Positions 25,094-36,571 of a stretch of 64,000 nucleotides of DNA are shown piece after piece. The DNA comes from Escherichia coli. GTDB lineage: Bacteria; Pseudomonadota; Gammaproteobacteria; Enterobacterales; Enterobacteriaceae. The notes beneath the pieces were generated by a model. The model searched no databases, was not told the origin of the DNA, and was given only the letters and a program-made list of their open reading frames with translations. How positions within the stretch are numbered: position 1 is the stretch's first letter; each line of letters starts with the position of its first letter. The position numbers were made by a program, and so were the translations under genes. The stretch is taken from the NCBI RefSeq assembly GCF_030013595.1, contig NZ_CP122768.1. The stretch is one strand, 5' to 3'.

Positions 25094-25469
25094 GGGTGAC
25101 TCTGAATAAGGATTAAACCTCTATGATAGGTAACCTGAAGGCTGATGACCAGCAGGCCGTTTTTGAGGAAAAACCACAATTTTAAAAGGGGATTGAAAGA
25201 TAAATGGTGTATTAGCAATGCATCTCTTGATAATGCACATCTGCTTGGTAAATTTATTGAAATTATAATGTTAATAAAATGAGTGGTAATTTTCTTGTTA
25301 GCGCAGATAAATTTCCTGTTTTTGAAGTGGAGTTCCTCATTTAAAGCCATTGATAAAAATGTTCTAAAACGCTGGACAGACAGAAATTAATCAGGCTATT
25401 TTCAAAACAGCCACCATCGTGGCAGCGTCGCTCGGACGGTCCGGGCGCTAACGTTAATCTGAGGAAATT

Positions 25470-26708
25470 ATGGCTGACACTCGCCCTGAACGTCGCTTTA
25501 CGCGCATTGATCGTCTCCCGCCCTACGTTTTTAATATTACCGCTGAACTGAAAATGGCTGCGCGTCGGCGCGGCGAAGATATTATCGATTTCAGTATGGG
25601 TAACCCGGACGGTGCGACTCCGCCGCATATCGTCGAAAAATTATGTACGGTGGCCCAGCGCCCGGACACGCATGGTTACTCCACGTCACGCGGCATTCCG
25701 CGGCTACGTCGCGCCATTTCCCGCTGGTATCAGGATCGCTACGACGTCGAGATCGACCCGGAATCAGAAGCCATCGTCACCATTGGTTCGAAAGAGGGAC
25801 TGGCGCATCTGATGCTGGCGACGCTGGATCATGGTGACACTGTACTAGTGCCTAATCCAAGCTACCCGATTCATATTTACGGCGCGGTGATTGCCGGGGC
25901 GCAGGTACGCTCAGTGCCGCTGGTGGAAGGTGTCGATTTCTTCAACGAACTGGAACGCGCCATTCGCGAAAGTTATCCGAAACCGAAGATGATGATCCTC
26001 GGCTTCCCGTCGAACCCAACCGCGCAATGCGTGGAACTGGAATTCTTTGAGAAGGTTGTGGCGCTGGCAAAACGCTACGATGTGCTGGTGGTCCATGACC
26101 TGGCCTATGCCGATATCGTCTACGATGGCTGGAAAGCGCCGTCAATCATGCAGGTGCCGGGCGCACGCGACGTGGCGGTCGAGTTCTTTACCCTGTCGAA
26201 AAGTTACAACATGGCGGGCTGGCGTATCGGCTTTATGGTTGGCAACAAAACGCTGGTCAGCGCGTTGGCACGTATTAAAAGCTATCACGATTACGGCACC
26301 TTTACGCCGTTGCAGGTGGCAGCGATTGCGGCGCTGGAGGGCGATCAACAGTGCGTGCGCGACATTGCTGAACAGTACAAACGCCGCCGTGATGTACTGG
26401 TAAAAGGGCTGCATGAAGCGGGCTGGATGGTCGAAATGCCGAAGGCTTCGATGTATGTCTGGGCGAAAATCCCGGAACCGTATGCTGCCATGGGCTCGCT
26501 GGAATTTGCCAAGAAGCTGCTGAACGAAGCGAAGGTCTGTGTCTCTCCGGGGATTGGCTTTGGCGACTACGGCGACACGCATGTTCGCTTTGCACTGATT
26601 GAAAACCGCGACCGTATTCGTCAGGCGATTCGTGGGATTAAAGCGATGTTCCGTGCCGATGGTTTACTACCCGCCAGCAGCAAACATATTCACGAAAACG
26701 CGGAATAA
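25470..26708 (+). CDS. alaC: glutamate-pyruvate aminotransferase (PLP-dependent class I)
   Basis: 412-aa aminotransferase ORF. Confidence 0.95.
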   Translation: MADTRPERRFTRIDRLPPYVFNITAELKMAARRRGEDIIDFSMGNPDGATPPHIVEKLCTVAQRPDTHGYSTSRGIPRLRRAISRWYQDRYDVEIDPESEAIVTIGSKEGLAHLMLATLDHGDTVLVPNPSYPIHIYGAVIAGAQVRSVPLVEGVDFFNELERAIRESYPKPKMMILGFPSNPTAQCVELEFFEKVVALAKRYDVLVVHDLAYADIVYDGWKAPSIMQVPGARDVAVEFFTLSKSYNMAGWRIGFMVGNKTLVSALARIKSYHDYGTFTPLQVAAIAALEGDQQCVRDIAEQYKRRRDVLVKGLHEAGWMVEMPKASMYVWAKIPEPYAAMGSLEFAKKLLNEAKVCVSPGIGFGDYGDTHVRFALIENRDRIRQAIRGIKAMFRADGLLPASSKHIHENAE

Positions 26709-26727
26709 ACACCGACCTCAAAAATGC

Positions 26728-26755
26728 AAACAGGAGCCTGATGGCTCCTGTTTTT
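26728..26755 (+). terminator. rho-independent terminator after alaC
   Basis: caggagcctgatggctcctg hairpin followed by TTTTT. Confidence 0.5.
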
Positions 26756-26772
26756 CATTGCACAGTTTGCTT

Positions 26773-26844
26773 TTAGATCATCAGGGCAAAAGTACCGGCC
26801 CAAACGATGACCATAAAAGAAATGCCCATAAAGAAATATTTCAC
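26773..26844 (-). CDS. ypdK: 23-aa hydrophobic small membrane protein, GTG start
   Basis: Minus-strand reading GTG AAA TAT TTC ... ATC TAA gives (M)KYFFMGISFMVIVWAGTFALMI; below ORF-track size cutoff; identity from recalled YpdK sequence. Confidence 0.5.
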   Translation of the reverse strand: MKYFFMGISFMVIVWAGTFALMI

Positions 26845-27199
26845 TTTACATCTCTCCGCGTAATTACTGTTACGCCTGAATGACTTCATTACACCTGATA
26901 CAGTGAGTTGACACCGGGCAAAACGACCTTAAAAGTCCTGTATTTTACCGTGGGCATCACCCCAGAATTCTGAGCTAAACTGCTCCAGACGGCGCTAATG
27001 TACGCCTAAAACTGAAACGAGACAAGAGGCATTTTCTTATTTACTTTTAGTAACTTACAGGTGTCTCATATCGGCGACAGTTTAATTTCTGACGGTAATA
27101 ATTAGAGATTCAGCGAAGGAAAAAACCTTAAGAAAAAAGCCATAAAAACCATGAGGTTATTATGGCTGATTTGAGGAGGGAAAGAGTAAGAGCAGTTTG

Positions 27200-28120
27200 T
27201 TAAATGTATAGCGACGATTCTCCCACCGGGCGCGTTTTAAAGCGACGGTGGATCCAGAGGTACTGCTCCGGTGCGCGCATGATCTCTTTTTCGATAATCT
27301 TGTTCATATAGGCAGCGGCTTGATTTTCATCTGCCGGGTAGCCTTCCATCTCTGGGGTGATGTACAAACGATATCCGCTGTAATCCGCTTTTCTTACCAT
27401 CGTTACGGTTAACATGGCTGCGCCAGAGAGACGTGAAAGGACATACGTACCATTGGTTGTGGCGACATTTTCCACCGCAAAGAACGGCGCGAAGGAGCTG
27501 CCTTTACGACCATAATCCTGATCGGGAGCAAACCATACCGCTTCACCTTTCTTCAGTGCACCAACAATGCCGCGCAGATTATTTCTGCCGATCATCGCTT
27601 TGTTAGAGCGCATGCGCCCACGGGTCTGCACCCATTCCATCAGCTGATTATTATGTGGACGATAGGTAGCCATCATTGGTTGACACAGTCCCATCACGCG
27701 GCCGCCCAGTTCCAGCGACATAAAATGGACGCCGACAACCATTACGCCGCGATTTTGCATTTGTGCGTGTTTAAGGTTATCCAGCCCTTCAACATCAAAC
27801 CATTTGCGTACGCGACTGTCGGGCCAGAACCACGCCATGCCGGTTTCTACCAGCGCCATGCCGAGTGAACGAAAGTTTTCGGCGATCATCTTCTCGCGCT
27901 CTTCAGCAGAATGCTGCGGGAAACAAAGTTCCAGGTTTTTACGGGCGATAGATTCACGCCGTTTCAGGAATGGTCGCGCCATTGCGCCAATACGCGTGCC
28001 GAGAAAGCAGAGAACAGGATAAGGAAGCTGTACCCAAAGCCAGAGTACACCAAGCCCAAACCATGTGAGCCAGTAGCGAGGATGCAGAAACTCGCGGGAA
28101 AATTTGCATTTTGGAAACAT
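27200..28120 (-). CDS. lpxP: lipid A palmitoleoyl acyltransferase (cold-induced LpxL paralogue)
   Basis: ORF 27200-28186; start refined to ATG 28120 (MFPKCKFSREFLHPRYW..., 306 aa). Confidence 0.9.
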   Translation of the reverse strand: MFPKCKFSREFLHPRYWLTWFGLGVLWLWVQLPYPVLCFLGTRIGAMARPFLKRRESIARKNLELCFPQHSAEEREKMIAENFRSLGMALVETGMAWFWPDSRVRKWFDVEGLDNLKHAQMQNRGVMVVGVHFMSLELGGRVMGLCQPMMATYRPHNNQLMEWVQTRGRMRSNKAMIGRNNLRGIVGALKKGEAVWFAPDQDYGRKGSSFAPFFAVENVATTNGTYVLSRLSGAAMLTVTMVRKADYSGYRLYITPEMEGYPADENQAAAYMNKIIEKEIMRAPEQYLWIHRRFKTRPVGESSLYI

Positions 28121-28472
28121 AGTTACCTTCTGTAGATACGAATTGTTGTATCGCAGAAGATTCCATGTCGACAGCGGTACACTCAATTGGTTGGGCCATC
28201 ATGTACGACAATGGTTCCTGTAAAGAGTGTAAAGACTAGTCAGGACATAACCACGAGGAGCATGAATGCGGTATCTGTACTTTATCACTGGCTGACTGCT
28301 TTCAGCTACTGATTATTAATCGTGCAAAGTAAATATTTTTCCGTACGCAACAGTCTTGCATTTAACATGCTGTTTTCATTGATGCTTAGCAAAAATTGCC
28401 AGAGGTTAAGGATTGTCTTACTATTAAAGTGACTGAAGTTACAGGTTTTTTAGCGCGGCAGGAGGTTGAGCT

Positions 28473-28715
28473 ATGATTTATTTATGGATGTTTCTCGCCC
28501 TGTGTATTGTCTGCGTAAGCGGATACATCGGTCAGGTACTGAACGTGGTCTCGGCGGTCTCTTCTTTCTTCGGCATGGTGATCCTCGCTGCACTCATTTA
28601 CTACTTCACCATGTGGTTAACAGGCGGTAATGAACTAGTGACGGGGATATTTATGTTTCTTGCCCCGGCTTGTGGCTTGATGATTCGCTTTATGGTGGGG
28701 TATGGCAGGCGGTAG
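28473..28715 (+). CDS. yfdY: small inner-membrane protein (DUF2545)
   Basis: 80-aa two-TM ORF, conserved position. Confidence 0.8.
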   Translation: MIYLWMFLALCIVCVSGYIGQVLNVVSAVSSFFGMVILAALIYYFTMWLTGGNELVTGIFMFLAPACGLMIRFMVGYGRR

Positions 28716-28791
28716 TAGTTCAGGATGGATCATTTGGGCAGGTGCTCACATCATCAACAGATATGATTGTTCACCTGCCATGTGACAGACG

Positions 28792-29067
28792 CTATCGCAC
28801 AGGATGAATAAGATAATTCGCCTTTGTCGGAAAAGGGGGCGTGATGTCTTCTGTGAGATTTAATGGTGGCGCATCTTCTCTCATCTTAAACAAAATCGCC
28901 TGTGATGGCTGAAGTTTTGTAGAATGAGTTGTCGTCATCACTGACGTTTTTTCTGTCTCTTTATAGCTCGTCTCACTTCCACCACCAGAAATGGAAAATG
29001 CAAAAACATTGCATGCCATAATAGAGACCAATAAAAATAAGCTAAAAAGCATTAAGTTTACTTTCAT
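28792..29067 (-). CDS. ypdI: putative lipoprotein
   Basis: 91-aa ORF with lipoprotein signal peptide (LVSIMAC). Confidence 0.8.
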   Translation of the reverse strand: MKVNLMLFSLFLLVSIMACNVFAFSISGGGSETSYKETEKTSVMTTTHSTKLQPSQAILFKMREDAPPLNLTEDITPPFPTKANYLIHPVR

Positions 29068-29362
29068 AGAAAGTTATCCTGAGAATGGCTCACTGAGAAC
29101 CTACGATGTTATGGCTGTATTTACATTTAATTAATCAGTATTTACATCGATATAATAAATGACATCTCTTTGTGGTATATAAGAATAGTTCTCTGCGACA
29201 GGAAGCATATTCCTACAATTGTAAGACTAAAATACTTCTTGCGATAATAACTACAACTGTAAGATAACCCTTTCAAAATGACCGTTGCTCTCTGATTTCT
29301 CATTTCATGCTCACCCAATATGATGGCGGCGTTTTCTAAAACTGTTAAAGAATGAGGTAAGT

Positions 29363-29995
29363 ATGAAACGTTTAATTATGGCTACGATGGTCACAGCAAT
29401 TCTGGCATCTTCAACTGTATGGGCGGCTGATAATGCACCGGTAGCGGCACAACAGCAAACTCAGCAAGTTCAGCAAACCCAGAAAACGGCAGCAGCAGAG
29501 CGTATCTCTGAACAAGGTTTATATGCGATGCGTGACGTGCAGGTAGCGCGCCTGGCTCTGTTTCATGGCGATCCGGAAAAGGCAAAAGAACTGACCAATG
29601 AAGCTTCAGCTTTGTTGTCAGATGACAGTACCGAATGGGCAAAGTTCGCTAAGCCAGGTAAAAAAACCAATGTCAATGATGACCAATATATTGTCATTAA
29701 TGCATCTATCGGAATTTCTGAGAGTTATGTAGCGACACCCGAAAAAGAAGCCGCGATAAAAATTGCCAACGAAAAAATGGCGAAAGGGGATAAAAAGGGC
29801 GCAATGGAAGAGCTTCGCCTGGCCGGTGTTGGCGTAATGGAAAACCAATATCTGATGCCGCTCAAACAGACTCGTAATGCACTTGCTGATGCGCAGAAAC
29901 TGCTTGATAAAAAGCAATACTACGAGGCAAACCTGGCGCTTAAAGGTGCGGAAGATGGAATCATCGTCGATAGCGAAGCACTGTTTGTGAACTAA
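29363..29995 (+). CDS. yfdX: periplasmic YfdX-family protein (EvgA regulon)
   Basis: 210-aa ORF with signal peptide; synteny with frc and oxc. Confidence 0.9.
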   Translation: MKRLIMATMVTAILASSTVWAADNAPVAAQQQTQQVQQTQKTAAAERISEQGLYAMRDVQVARLALFHGDPEKAKELTNEASALLSDDSTEWAKFAKPGKKTNVNDDQYIVINASIGISESYVATPEKEAAIKIANEKMAKGDKKGAMEELRLAGVGVMENQYLMPLKQTRNALADAQKLLDKKQYYEANLALKGAEDGIIVDSEALFVN

Positions 29996-30507
29996 TGCTG
30001 ACAGGCAGTATATTGAGGTAAAGGATTTAACTCCCTCCAGCCGACAATTTTTTATGACCACAATACGACAGATTGTGGTCATAAAATTATTTGGCGCTCG
30101 CGGTTCTATAAACTCGCATTTTATCTTCCTCAAAGTAAACCGCAATAATCCCGTGTCATCACAAATCATTTATTATGTTATGTTTTATGGTACGCTTTAA
30201 AAAGCGTAATCATACCCTTACTTGTAAATCACCGGCGCTTCTTACAGTTGTAAGAATAACATCACAAATGTCGCGGCTCTCTCTGATTACCGCGAACCAA
30301 TATTTATCATATTCTTCTTTTCGTCCTCACTACTTACCATGCAGAAAGGAATTGGAAGTGGCGATGAAATAATTTTCAGCACTTGATACAGGAATTTAAA
30401 AATATCGAGTGCAGCTACGACGATATTTTGCGGATTATTTATAGAGGGCGTTATGCCTTAAATAAACGCTAAATTAACATATATTTAATTAACTAATAGG
30501 TATTGCT

Positions 30508-31758
30508 ATGTCAACTCCACTTCAAGGAATTAAAGTTCTCGATTTCACCGGTGTGCAATCTGGCCCATCTTGTACTCAAATGCTGGCCTGGTTTGGCGCT
30601 GACGTCATTAAAATTGAACGTCCCGGCGTTGGTGACGTAACGCGTCACCAGCTGCGAGATATTCCTGATATCGATGCGCTTTACTTCACCATGCTTAACA
30701 GTAACAAACGTTCTATTGAATTAAATACCAAAACAGCGGAAGGCAAAGAGGTAATGGAAAAGCTGATCCGCGAAGCTGATATCTTAGTCGAGAACTTTCA
30801 TCCTGGGGCCATTGATCACATGGGCTTCACCTGGGAGCATATTCAAGAAATCAATCCACGTCTGATTTTTGGTTCGATCAAAGGGTTTGATGAGTGTTCG
30901 CCTTATGTGAATGTAAAAGCCTATGAAAACGTTGCTCAGGCAGCGGGTGGCGCGGCATCCACTACGGGTTTTTGGGACGGTCCGCCGCTGGTAAGCGCTG
31001 CAGCGTTGGGTGACAGCAACACCGGAATGCATTTACTGATCGGTTTACTTGCTGCTTTGCTGCATCGCGAAAAAACGGGGCGTGGGCAACGAGTCACCAT
31101 GTCAATGCAGGATGCCGTATTGAACCTTTGCCGCGTGAAATTACGCGACCAGCAGCGTCTCGATAAATTGGGTTATCTGGAAGAATACCCGCAGTATCCG
31201 AATGGCACATTTGGTGATGCAGTTCCCCGCGGAGGTAATGCGGGTGGTGGCGGTCAGCCTGGCTGGATCCTGAAATGTAAAGGCTGGGAAACCGATCCTA
31301 ACGCCTATATTTATTTCACTATTCAGGAGCAAAACTGGGAAAACACCTGTAAAGCCATCGGCAAACCAGATTGGATTACCGATCCGGCATACAGTACAGC
31401 CCATGCCCGACAGCCACATATTTTCGATATTTTTGCTGAAATCGAAAAATACACTGTCACTATTGATAAACATGAAGCGGTGGCCTATTTGACTCAGTTT
31501 GATATTCCTTGTGCACCGGTTTTAAGTATGAAAGAAATTTCACTTGATCCCTCTTTGCGCCAAAGTGGCAGTGTTGTTGAAGTGGAACAACCGTTGCGTG
31601 GAAAATATCTGACAGTTGGTTGTCCAATGAAATTCTCTGCCTTTACGCCGGATATTAAAGCTGCGCCGCTATTAGGTGAACATACCGCTGCTGTATTGCA
31701 GGCGCTGGGTTATAGCGACGATGAAATTGCTGCAATGAAGCAAAACCACGCCATCTGA
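30508..31758 (+). CDS. frc: formyl-CoA:oxalate CoA-transferase
   Basis: 416-aa class III CoA-transferase ORF. Confidence 0.97.
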   Translation: MSTPLQGIKVLDFTGVQSGPSCTQMLAWFGADVIKIERPGVGDVTRHQLRDIPDIDALYFTMLNSNKRSIELNTKTAEGKEVMEKLIREADILVENFHPGAIDHMGFTWEHIQEINPRLIFGSIKGFDECSPYVNVKAYENVAQAAGGAASTTGFWDGPPLVSAAALGDSNTGMHLLIGLLAALLHREKTGRGQRVTMSMQDAVLNLCRVKLRDQQRLDKLGYLEEYPQYPNGTFGDAVPRGGNAGGGGQPGWILKCKGWETDPNAYIYFTIQEQNWENTCKAIGKPDWITDPAYSTAHARQPHIFDIFAEIEKYTVTIDKHEAVAYLTQFDIPCAPVLSMKEISLDPSLRQSGSVVEVEQPLRGKYLTVGCPMKFSAFTPDIKAAPLLGEHTAAVLQALGYSDDEIAAMKQNHAI

Positions 31759-31811
31759 TATTAACGGGGGCTTCTGGCTCCCAATTTATAAAAATTTCGA
31801 GGTTATTAATC

Positions 31812-33506
31812 ATGTCAGATCAACTTCAAATGACAGATGGTATGCATATCATCGTTGAAGCATTAAAACAGAATGATATTGACACTATTTATGGTGTTGT
31901 AGGTATTCCTGTGACGGATATGGCACGCCATGCCCAGGCGGAAGGCATTCGTTATATTGGTTTTCGTCATGAGCAGTCGGCAGGCTATGCCGCTGCGGCA
32001 AGCGGTTTTCTTACCCAAAAACCGGGGATCTGCCTGACAGTTTCTGCGCCAGGATTCCTCAATGGTTTGACCGCATTGGCCAACGCAACGGTAAATGGTT
32101 TTCCGATGATCATGATTAGCGGCTCCAGCGACCGCGCGATCGTCGACCTACAGCAAGGTGATTATGAAGAGCTGGACCAAATGAATGCGGCAAAACCGTA
32201 TGCCAAAGCAGCATTCCGCGTTAATCAGCCGCAGGATCTTGGCATTGCATTGGCACGCGCTATCCGGGTCTCAGTATCGGGTCGCCCTGGCGGAGTTTAT
32301 CTTGATTTACCAGCAAATGTCCTGGCCGCGACGATGGAAAAAGACGAAGCGTTAACCACGATTGTAAAAGTTGAAAATCCGTCGCCAGCATTATTGCCAT
32401 GCCCGAAGTCAGTCACTAGCGCAATTTCGCTTTTAGCAAAAGCTGAACGTCCATTAGTTATCCTTGGCAAAGGCGCGGCGTATTCACAAGCGGATGAACA
32501 GCTTCGTGAATTTATTGAAAGTGCCCAGATTCCATTCCTGCCAATGTCTATGGCGAAAGGGATCCTCGAAGATACACATCCACTTTCTGCGGCAACTGCG
32601 CGTTCGTTTGCCCTGGCAAATGCTGACGTTGTCATGCTTGTTGGTGCACGACTGAATTGGTTACTGGCACACGGTAAAAAAGGATGGGCGGCAGATACAC
32701 AGTTTATTCAACTGGATATTGAACCGCAGGAAATTGACAGCAACCGCCCCATTGCTGTGCCAGTCGTTGGCGATATTGCATCCAGTATGCAAGGTATGCT
32801 GGCAGAACTGAAACAAAACACATTTACGACTCCACTGGTATGGCGCGATATTTTAAATATCCACAAGCAGCAAAATGCACAAAAAATGCATGAAAAATTA
32901 AGTACAGATACTCAACCATTAAATTACTTTAATGCATTAAGTGCTGTGCGCGATGTATTGCGCGAGAACCAGGATATTTATTTAGTTAATGAAGGTGCAA
33001 ATACCCTGGATAATGCACGAAATATTATTGATATGTATAAACCACGTCGCCGTCTGGATTGTGGTACCTGGGGTGTCATGGGCATCGGTATGGGCTATGC
33101 CATCGGTGCTAGCGTGACCTCTGGTTCTCCGGTTGTCGCCATTGAAGGTGATAGTGCTTTTGGTTTCAGTGGGATGGAGATTGAAACGATTTGTCGATAT
33201 AACCTGCCGGTGACGATCGTTATTTTTAATAATGGCGGCATCTACAGAGGAGACGGTGTTGATCTCAGTGGCGCTGGTGCACCATCACCAACAGATCTAT
33301 TGCACCATGCAAGGTATGACAAATTAATGGATGCGTTTCGTGGCGTTGGCTATAACGTCACTACGACAGATGAACTTCGTCATGCTTTAACCACCGGTAT
33401 TCAGTCGCGCAAACCGACCATTATTAATGTGGTCATCGACCCTGCAGCAGGAACTGAAAGTGGCCATATTACCAAACTTAACCCAAAACAAGTCGCTGGT
33501 AATTAA
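31812..33506 (+). CDS. oxc: oxalyl-CoA decarboxylase (ThDP-dependent)
   Basis: 564-aa ORF with ThDP-binding motif GDSAFGFSGMEIETICRYNLPVTIVIFNNGG. Confidence 0.97.
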   Translation: MSDQLQMTDGMHIIVEALKQNDIDTIYGVVGIPVTDMARHAQAEGIRYIGFRHEQSAGYAAAASGFLTQKPGICLTVSAPGFLNGLTALANATVNGFPMIMISGSSDRAIVDLQQGDYEELDQMNAAKPYAKAAFRVNQPQDLGIALARAIRVSVSGRPGGVYLDLPANVLAATMEKDEALTTIVKVENPSPALLPCPKSVTSAISLLAKAERPLVILGKGAAYSQADEQLREFIESAQIPFLPMSMAKGILEDTHPLSAATARSFALANADVVMLVGARLNWLLAHGKKGWAADTQFIQLDIEPQEIDSNRPIAVPVVGDIASSMQGMLAELKQNTFTTPLVWRDILNIHKQQNAQKMHEKLSTDTQPLNYFNALSAVRDVLRENQDIYLVNEGANTLDNARNIIDMYKPRRRLDCGTWGVMGIGMGYAIGASVTSGSPVVAIEGDSAFGFSGMEIETICRYNLPVTIVIFNNGGIYRGDGVDLSGAGAPSPTDLLHHARYDKLMDAFRGVGYNVTTTDELRHALTTGIQSRKPTIINVVIDPAAGTESGHITKLNPKQVAGN

Positions 33507-33575
33507 ATACTGACATCGTCTCCTCTTGCCAACTCATTATGCGATGGTGAGGGGACCCTTATCGGAAATACTATT

Positions 33576-34520
33576 ATGCTAACATTTTTTATTGGCGATT
33601 TATTGCCTATTATCGTAATCATGCTGTTGGGTTATTTTAGCGGCAGACGAGAAACTTTTTCAGAAGATCAAGCCCGGGCATTTAATAAACTGGTATTAAA
33701 CTACGCTCTTCCTGCGGCTCTATTTGTATCTATTACCCGAGCAAACAGGGAAATGATTTTTGCGGACACTCGTCTGACCCTTGTATCACTTGTGGTTATT
33801 GTCGGATGTTTCTTTTTCTCCTGGTTCGGTTGCTACAAATTTTTTAAACGTACTCATGCAGAAGCAGCAGTATGTGCATTAATTGCAGGTTCACCTACCA
33901 TTGGATTCCTGGGATTTGCAGTTCTCGATCCTATTTATGGTGATTCCGTATCAACAGGTTTAGTGGTAGCAATTATTTCAATTATCGTTAACGCAATTAC
34001 TATTCCTATTGGTCTGTATTTGCTGAATCCCTCCTCAGGAGCGGATGGTAAGAAGAATAGTAATCTGAGCGCATTAATTTCTGCGGCAAAGGAGCCAGTA
34101 GTATGGGCACCTGTTCTGGCAACGATCCTGGTGTTGGTTGGGGTAAAAATTCCGGCAGCATGGGACCCAACCTTTAATCTGATTGCGAAGGCTAACTCAG
34201 GGGTAGCGGTATTCGCTGCGGGGTTGACTCTGGCTGCACATAAATTCGAGTTCAGTGCCGAAATTGCTTATAACACCTTCCTGAAGCTAATTCTGATGCC
34301 ACTGGCGCTGCTTCTCGTTGGTATGGCATGTCATTTGAACAGCGAACATTTGCAGATGATGGTACTGGCAGGCGCCTTACCGCCGGCATTCTCCGGAATC
34401 ATTATTGCCAGCCGGTTTAATGTCTACACCCGCACTGGTACAGCGTCACTGGCTGTGAGCGTACTGGGCTTTGTCGTCACGGCTCCTTTGTGGATTTATG
34501 TCAGTCGACTGGTTTCATAA
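33576..34520 (+). CDS. yfdV: AEC-family transporter
   Basis: 314-aa polytopic ORF. Confidence 0.9.
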
Positions 34521-34522
34521 TT

Positions 34523-34531
34523 AATCATGTT
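34523..34531. repeat. IS1 target-site duplication, left copy (AATCATGTT)
   Basis: 9-bp direct repeat identical to 35300-35308 immediately flanking the IS1 inverted repeats. Confidence 0.85.
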
Positions 34532-34546
34532 GGTAATGACTCCAAC

Positions 34547-35050
34547 TTACTGATAGTGTTTTATGTTCAGATAATGCCCGATGACCTTGTCATGCAGCTC
34601 CACCGATTTTGAGAACGACAGTGACTTCCGTCCCAGCCTTGCCAGATGTTGTCTCAGATTCAGGTTATGCCGCTCAATGCGCTGAGTATAACGCTTGCTG
34701 ATAACGTGCAGCTTTCCCTTCAGGCGTGATTCATACAGCGGCCAGCCATCCGTCATCCATACCACGACCTCAAAGGCCGACAGCAGGCTCAGAAGACGCT
34801 CCAGTGTGGCCAGAGTGCGTTCACCGAAGACGTGCGCCACAACCGTCCTCCGCATCCTGTCATACGCGTAAAACAGCCAGCGCTGACGTGATTTAGCACC
34901 GACGTAGCCCCACTGTTCGTCCATTTCAGCGCAGACAATCACATCACTGCCCGGTTGTATGCGCGAGGTTACCGACTGCGGCCTGAGTTTTTTAAGTGGC
35001 GGAAAATCGTGTTGAGGCCAACGCCAATAATGCGTGCACTGGCGCGACAT
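34547..35050 (-). CDS. insB: IS1 transposase InsB frame (expressed as InsAB' by -1 frameshift)
   Basis: 167-aa ORF matching IS1 InsB. Confidence 0.9.
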   Translation of the reverse strand: MSRQCTHYWRWPQHDFPPLKKLRPQSVTSRIQPGSDVIVCAEMDEQWGYVGAKSRQRWLFYAYDRMRRTVVAHVFGERTLATLERLLSLLSAFEVVVWMTDGWPLYESRLKGKLHVISKRYTQRIERHNLNLRQHLARLGRKSLSFSKSVELHDKVIGHYLNIKHYQ

Positions 35051-35244
35051 CCGACGCCATTCATGGCCATATCAATGATTTTCTGGTGCGTACCGGGCTG
35101 AGAGGCGGCGTAAGTGAACTGTAGTTGCCATGTTTTACGGCAGTGAGAGCAGAGATAGCGCTGATGTCCGGCGGTGCTTTTGCCGTTACGCACCACCCCG
35201 TCAGTAGCTGAACAGGAGGGACAGCTGATAGAAACAGAAGCCAC
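34969..35244 (-). CDS. insA: IS1 InsA transposition inhibitor/DNA-binding protein
   Basis: 91-aa ORF with CxxC...CxxC zinc finger; overlaps insB start. Confidence 0.9.
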   Translation of the reverse strand: MASVSISCPSCSATDGVVRNGKSTAGHQRYLCSHCRKTWQLQFTYAASQPGTHQKIIDMAMNGVGCRASARIIGVGLNTIFRHLKNSGRSR

Positions 35245-35299
35245 TGGAGCACCTCAAAAACACCATCATACACTAAATCAGTAAGTTGGCAGCATCACC

Positions 35300-35308
35300 A
35301 ATCATGTT
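35300..35308. repeat. IS1 target-site duplication, right copy (AATCATGTT)
   Basis: Direct repeat of 34523-34531. Confidence 0.85.
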
Positions 35309-35370
35309 ATTGATTTTACATAAATGCCGAAGTGTCTTTTCACCTTCGGCTTTTTTCAAGGCATAAGCAA

Positions 35371-36516
35371 ATGACAAATAATGAATGCAAAGGGCCGTTT
35401 GAAGGCTTATTAGTTATCGATATGACACATGTCCTTAATGGACCTTTCGGAACTCAACTTCTTTGTAATATGGGCGCAAGGGTAATTAAAGTTGAGCCGC
35501 CGGGTCATGGTGATGATACCCGCACATTTGGTCCCTATGTGGATGGACAGTCACTCTATTACAGTTTTATTAATCATGGCAAAGAGAGTGTGGTTCTTGA
35601 TTTAAAGAATGATCACGATAAAAGTATATTTATAAATATGCTTAAACAAGCTGATGTATTAGCTGAGAATTTTCGCCCAGGTACAATGGAAAAACTGGGG
35701 TTTTCATGGGAAACGCTACAAGAAATCAACCCGCGTCTCATCTATGCTTCATCGTCAGGTTTTGGGCATACCGGCCCGCTAAAAGATGCTCCAGCCTACG
35801 ATACCATCATTCAGGCAATGAGCGGGATAATGATGGAAACAGGGTACCCTGATGCTCCGCCAGTGCGCGTGGGTACCTCTCTTGCGGATTTATGTGGCGG
35901 TGTCTATTTATTCAGTGGAATAGTGAGTGCACTTTATGGCCGCGAAAAGAGCCAGAGAGGGGCGCATGTCGATATAGCGATGTTTGATGCCACGCTGAGT
36001 TTTCTGGAGCATGGTCTGATGGCATATATTGCGACAGGGAAGTCACCACAACGCCTGGGAAATCGCCATCCCTACATGGCACCTTTTGATGTTTTTGATA
36101 CTCAGGATAAGCCGATTACTATTTGTTGTGGTAATGACAAGCTTTTTTCTGCGTTATGCCAGGCACTGGATCTGACGGAGCTGGTTGATGATCCCCGATT
36201 TATCAGCAATATTTTACGCGTACAAAACCAGGCTATTCTTAAACAATATATTGAGCGAACGTTAAAAACGCAGGCAGCTGAAGTTTGGTTAGCCAAAATA
36301 CATGAAGTTGGTGTGCCCGTCGCGCCGTTATTAAGTGTGGCTGAGGCCATTAATTTGCCACAAACTCAGGCGAGAAATATGTTGATTGAAGCCGGAGGAA
36401 TAATGATGCCAGGTAATCCGATAAAAATCAGCGGCTGCGCGGACCCGCATGTTATGCCGGGAGCGGCAACGCTCGACCAGCATGGGGAACAAATTCGCCA
36501 GGAGTTCTCATCATAA
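35371..36516 (+). CDS. yfdE: acetyl-CoA:oxalate CoA-transferase (class III CoA-transferase)
   Basis: ORF 35332-36516; start refined to ATG 35371 (MTNNECKGPFEGLLVIDMTHV..., 381 aa). Confidence 0.9.
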   Translation: MTNNECKGPFEGLLVIDMTHVLNGPFGTQLLCNMGARVIKVEPPGHGDDTRTFGPYVDGQSLYYSFINHGKESVVLDLKNDHDKSIFINMLKQADVLAENFRPGTMEKLGFSWETLQEINPRLIYASSSGFGHTGPLKDAPAYDTIIQAMSGIMMETGYPDAPPVRVGTSLADLCGGVYLFSGIVSALYGREKSQRGAHVDIAMFDATLSFLEHGLMAYIATGKSPQRLGNRHPYMAPFDVFDTQDKPITICCGNDKLFSALCQALDLTELVDDPRFISNILRVQNQAILKQYIERTLKTQAAEVWLAKIHEVGVPVAPLLSVAEAINLPQTQARNMLIEAGGIMMPGNPIKISGCADPHVMPGAATLDQHGEQIRQEFSS

Positions 36517-36571
36517 ATGTAAGATGTGCTGGTAAATAGCTCCCACATTTGAATATTGTGGGAGCCGCTAT

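Larger units (their letters stand above)
34532..35299 (-). mobile_element. IS1 insertion sequence (768 bp)
   Basis: Terminal inverted repeats GGTAATGACTCCAACTTACTGAT (34532...) and ...ATCAGTAAGTTGGCAGCATCACC (...35299); encodes InsA and InsB. Confidence 0.95.

Noticed and set aside
30175-30372. 65-aa ORF in the AT-rich yfdX-frc intergenic region
   Set aside because: No RBS, AT-rich promoter-like DNA; more likely regulatory sequence (EvgA-dependent promoter of frc) than coding
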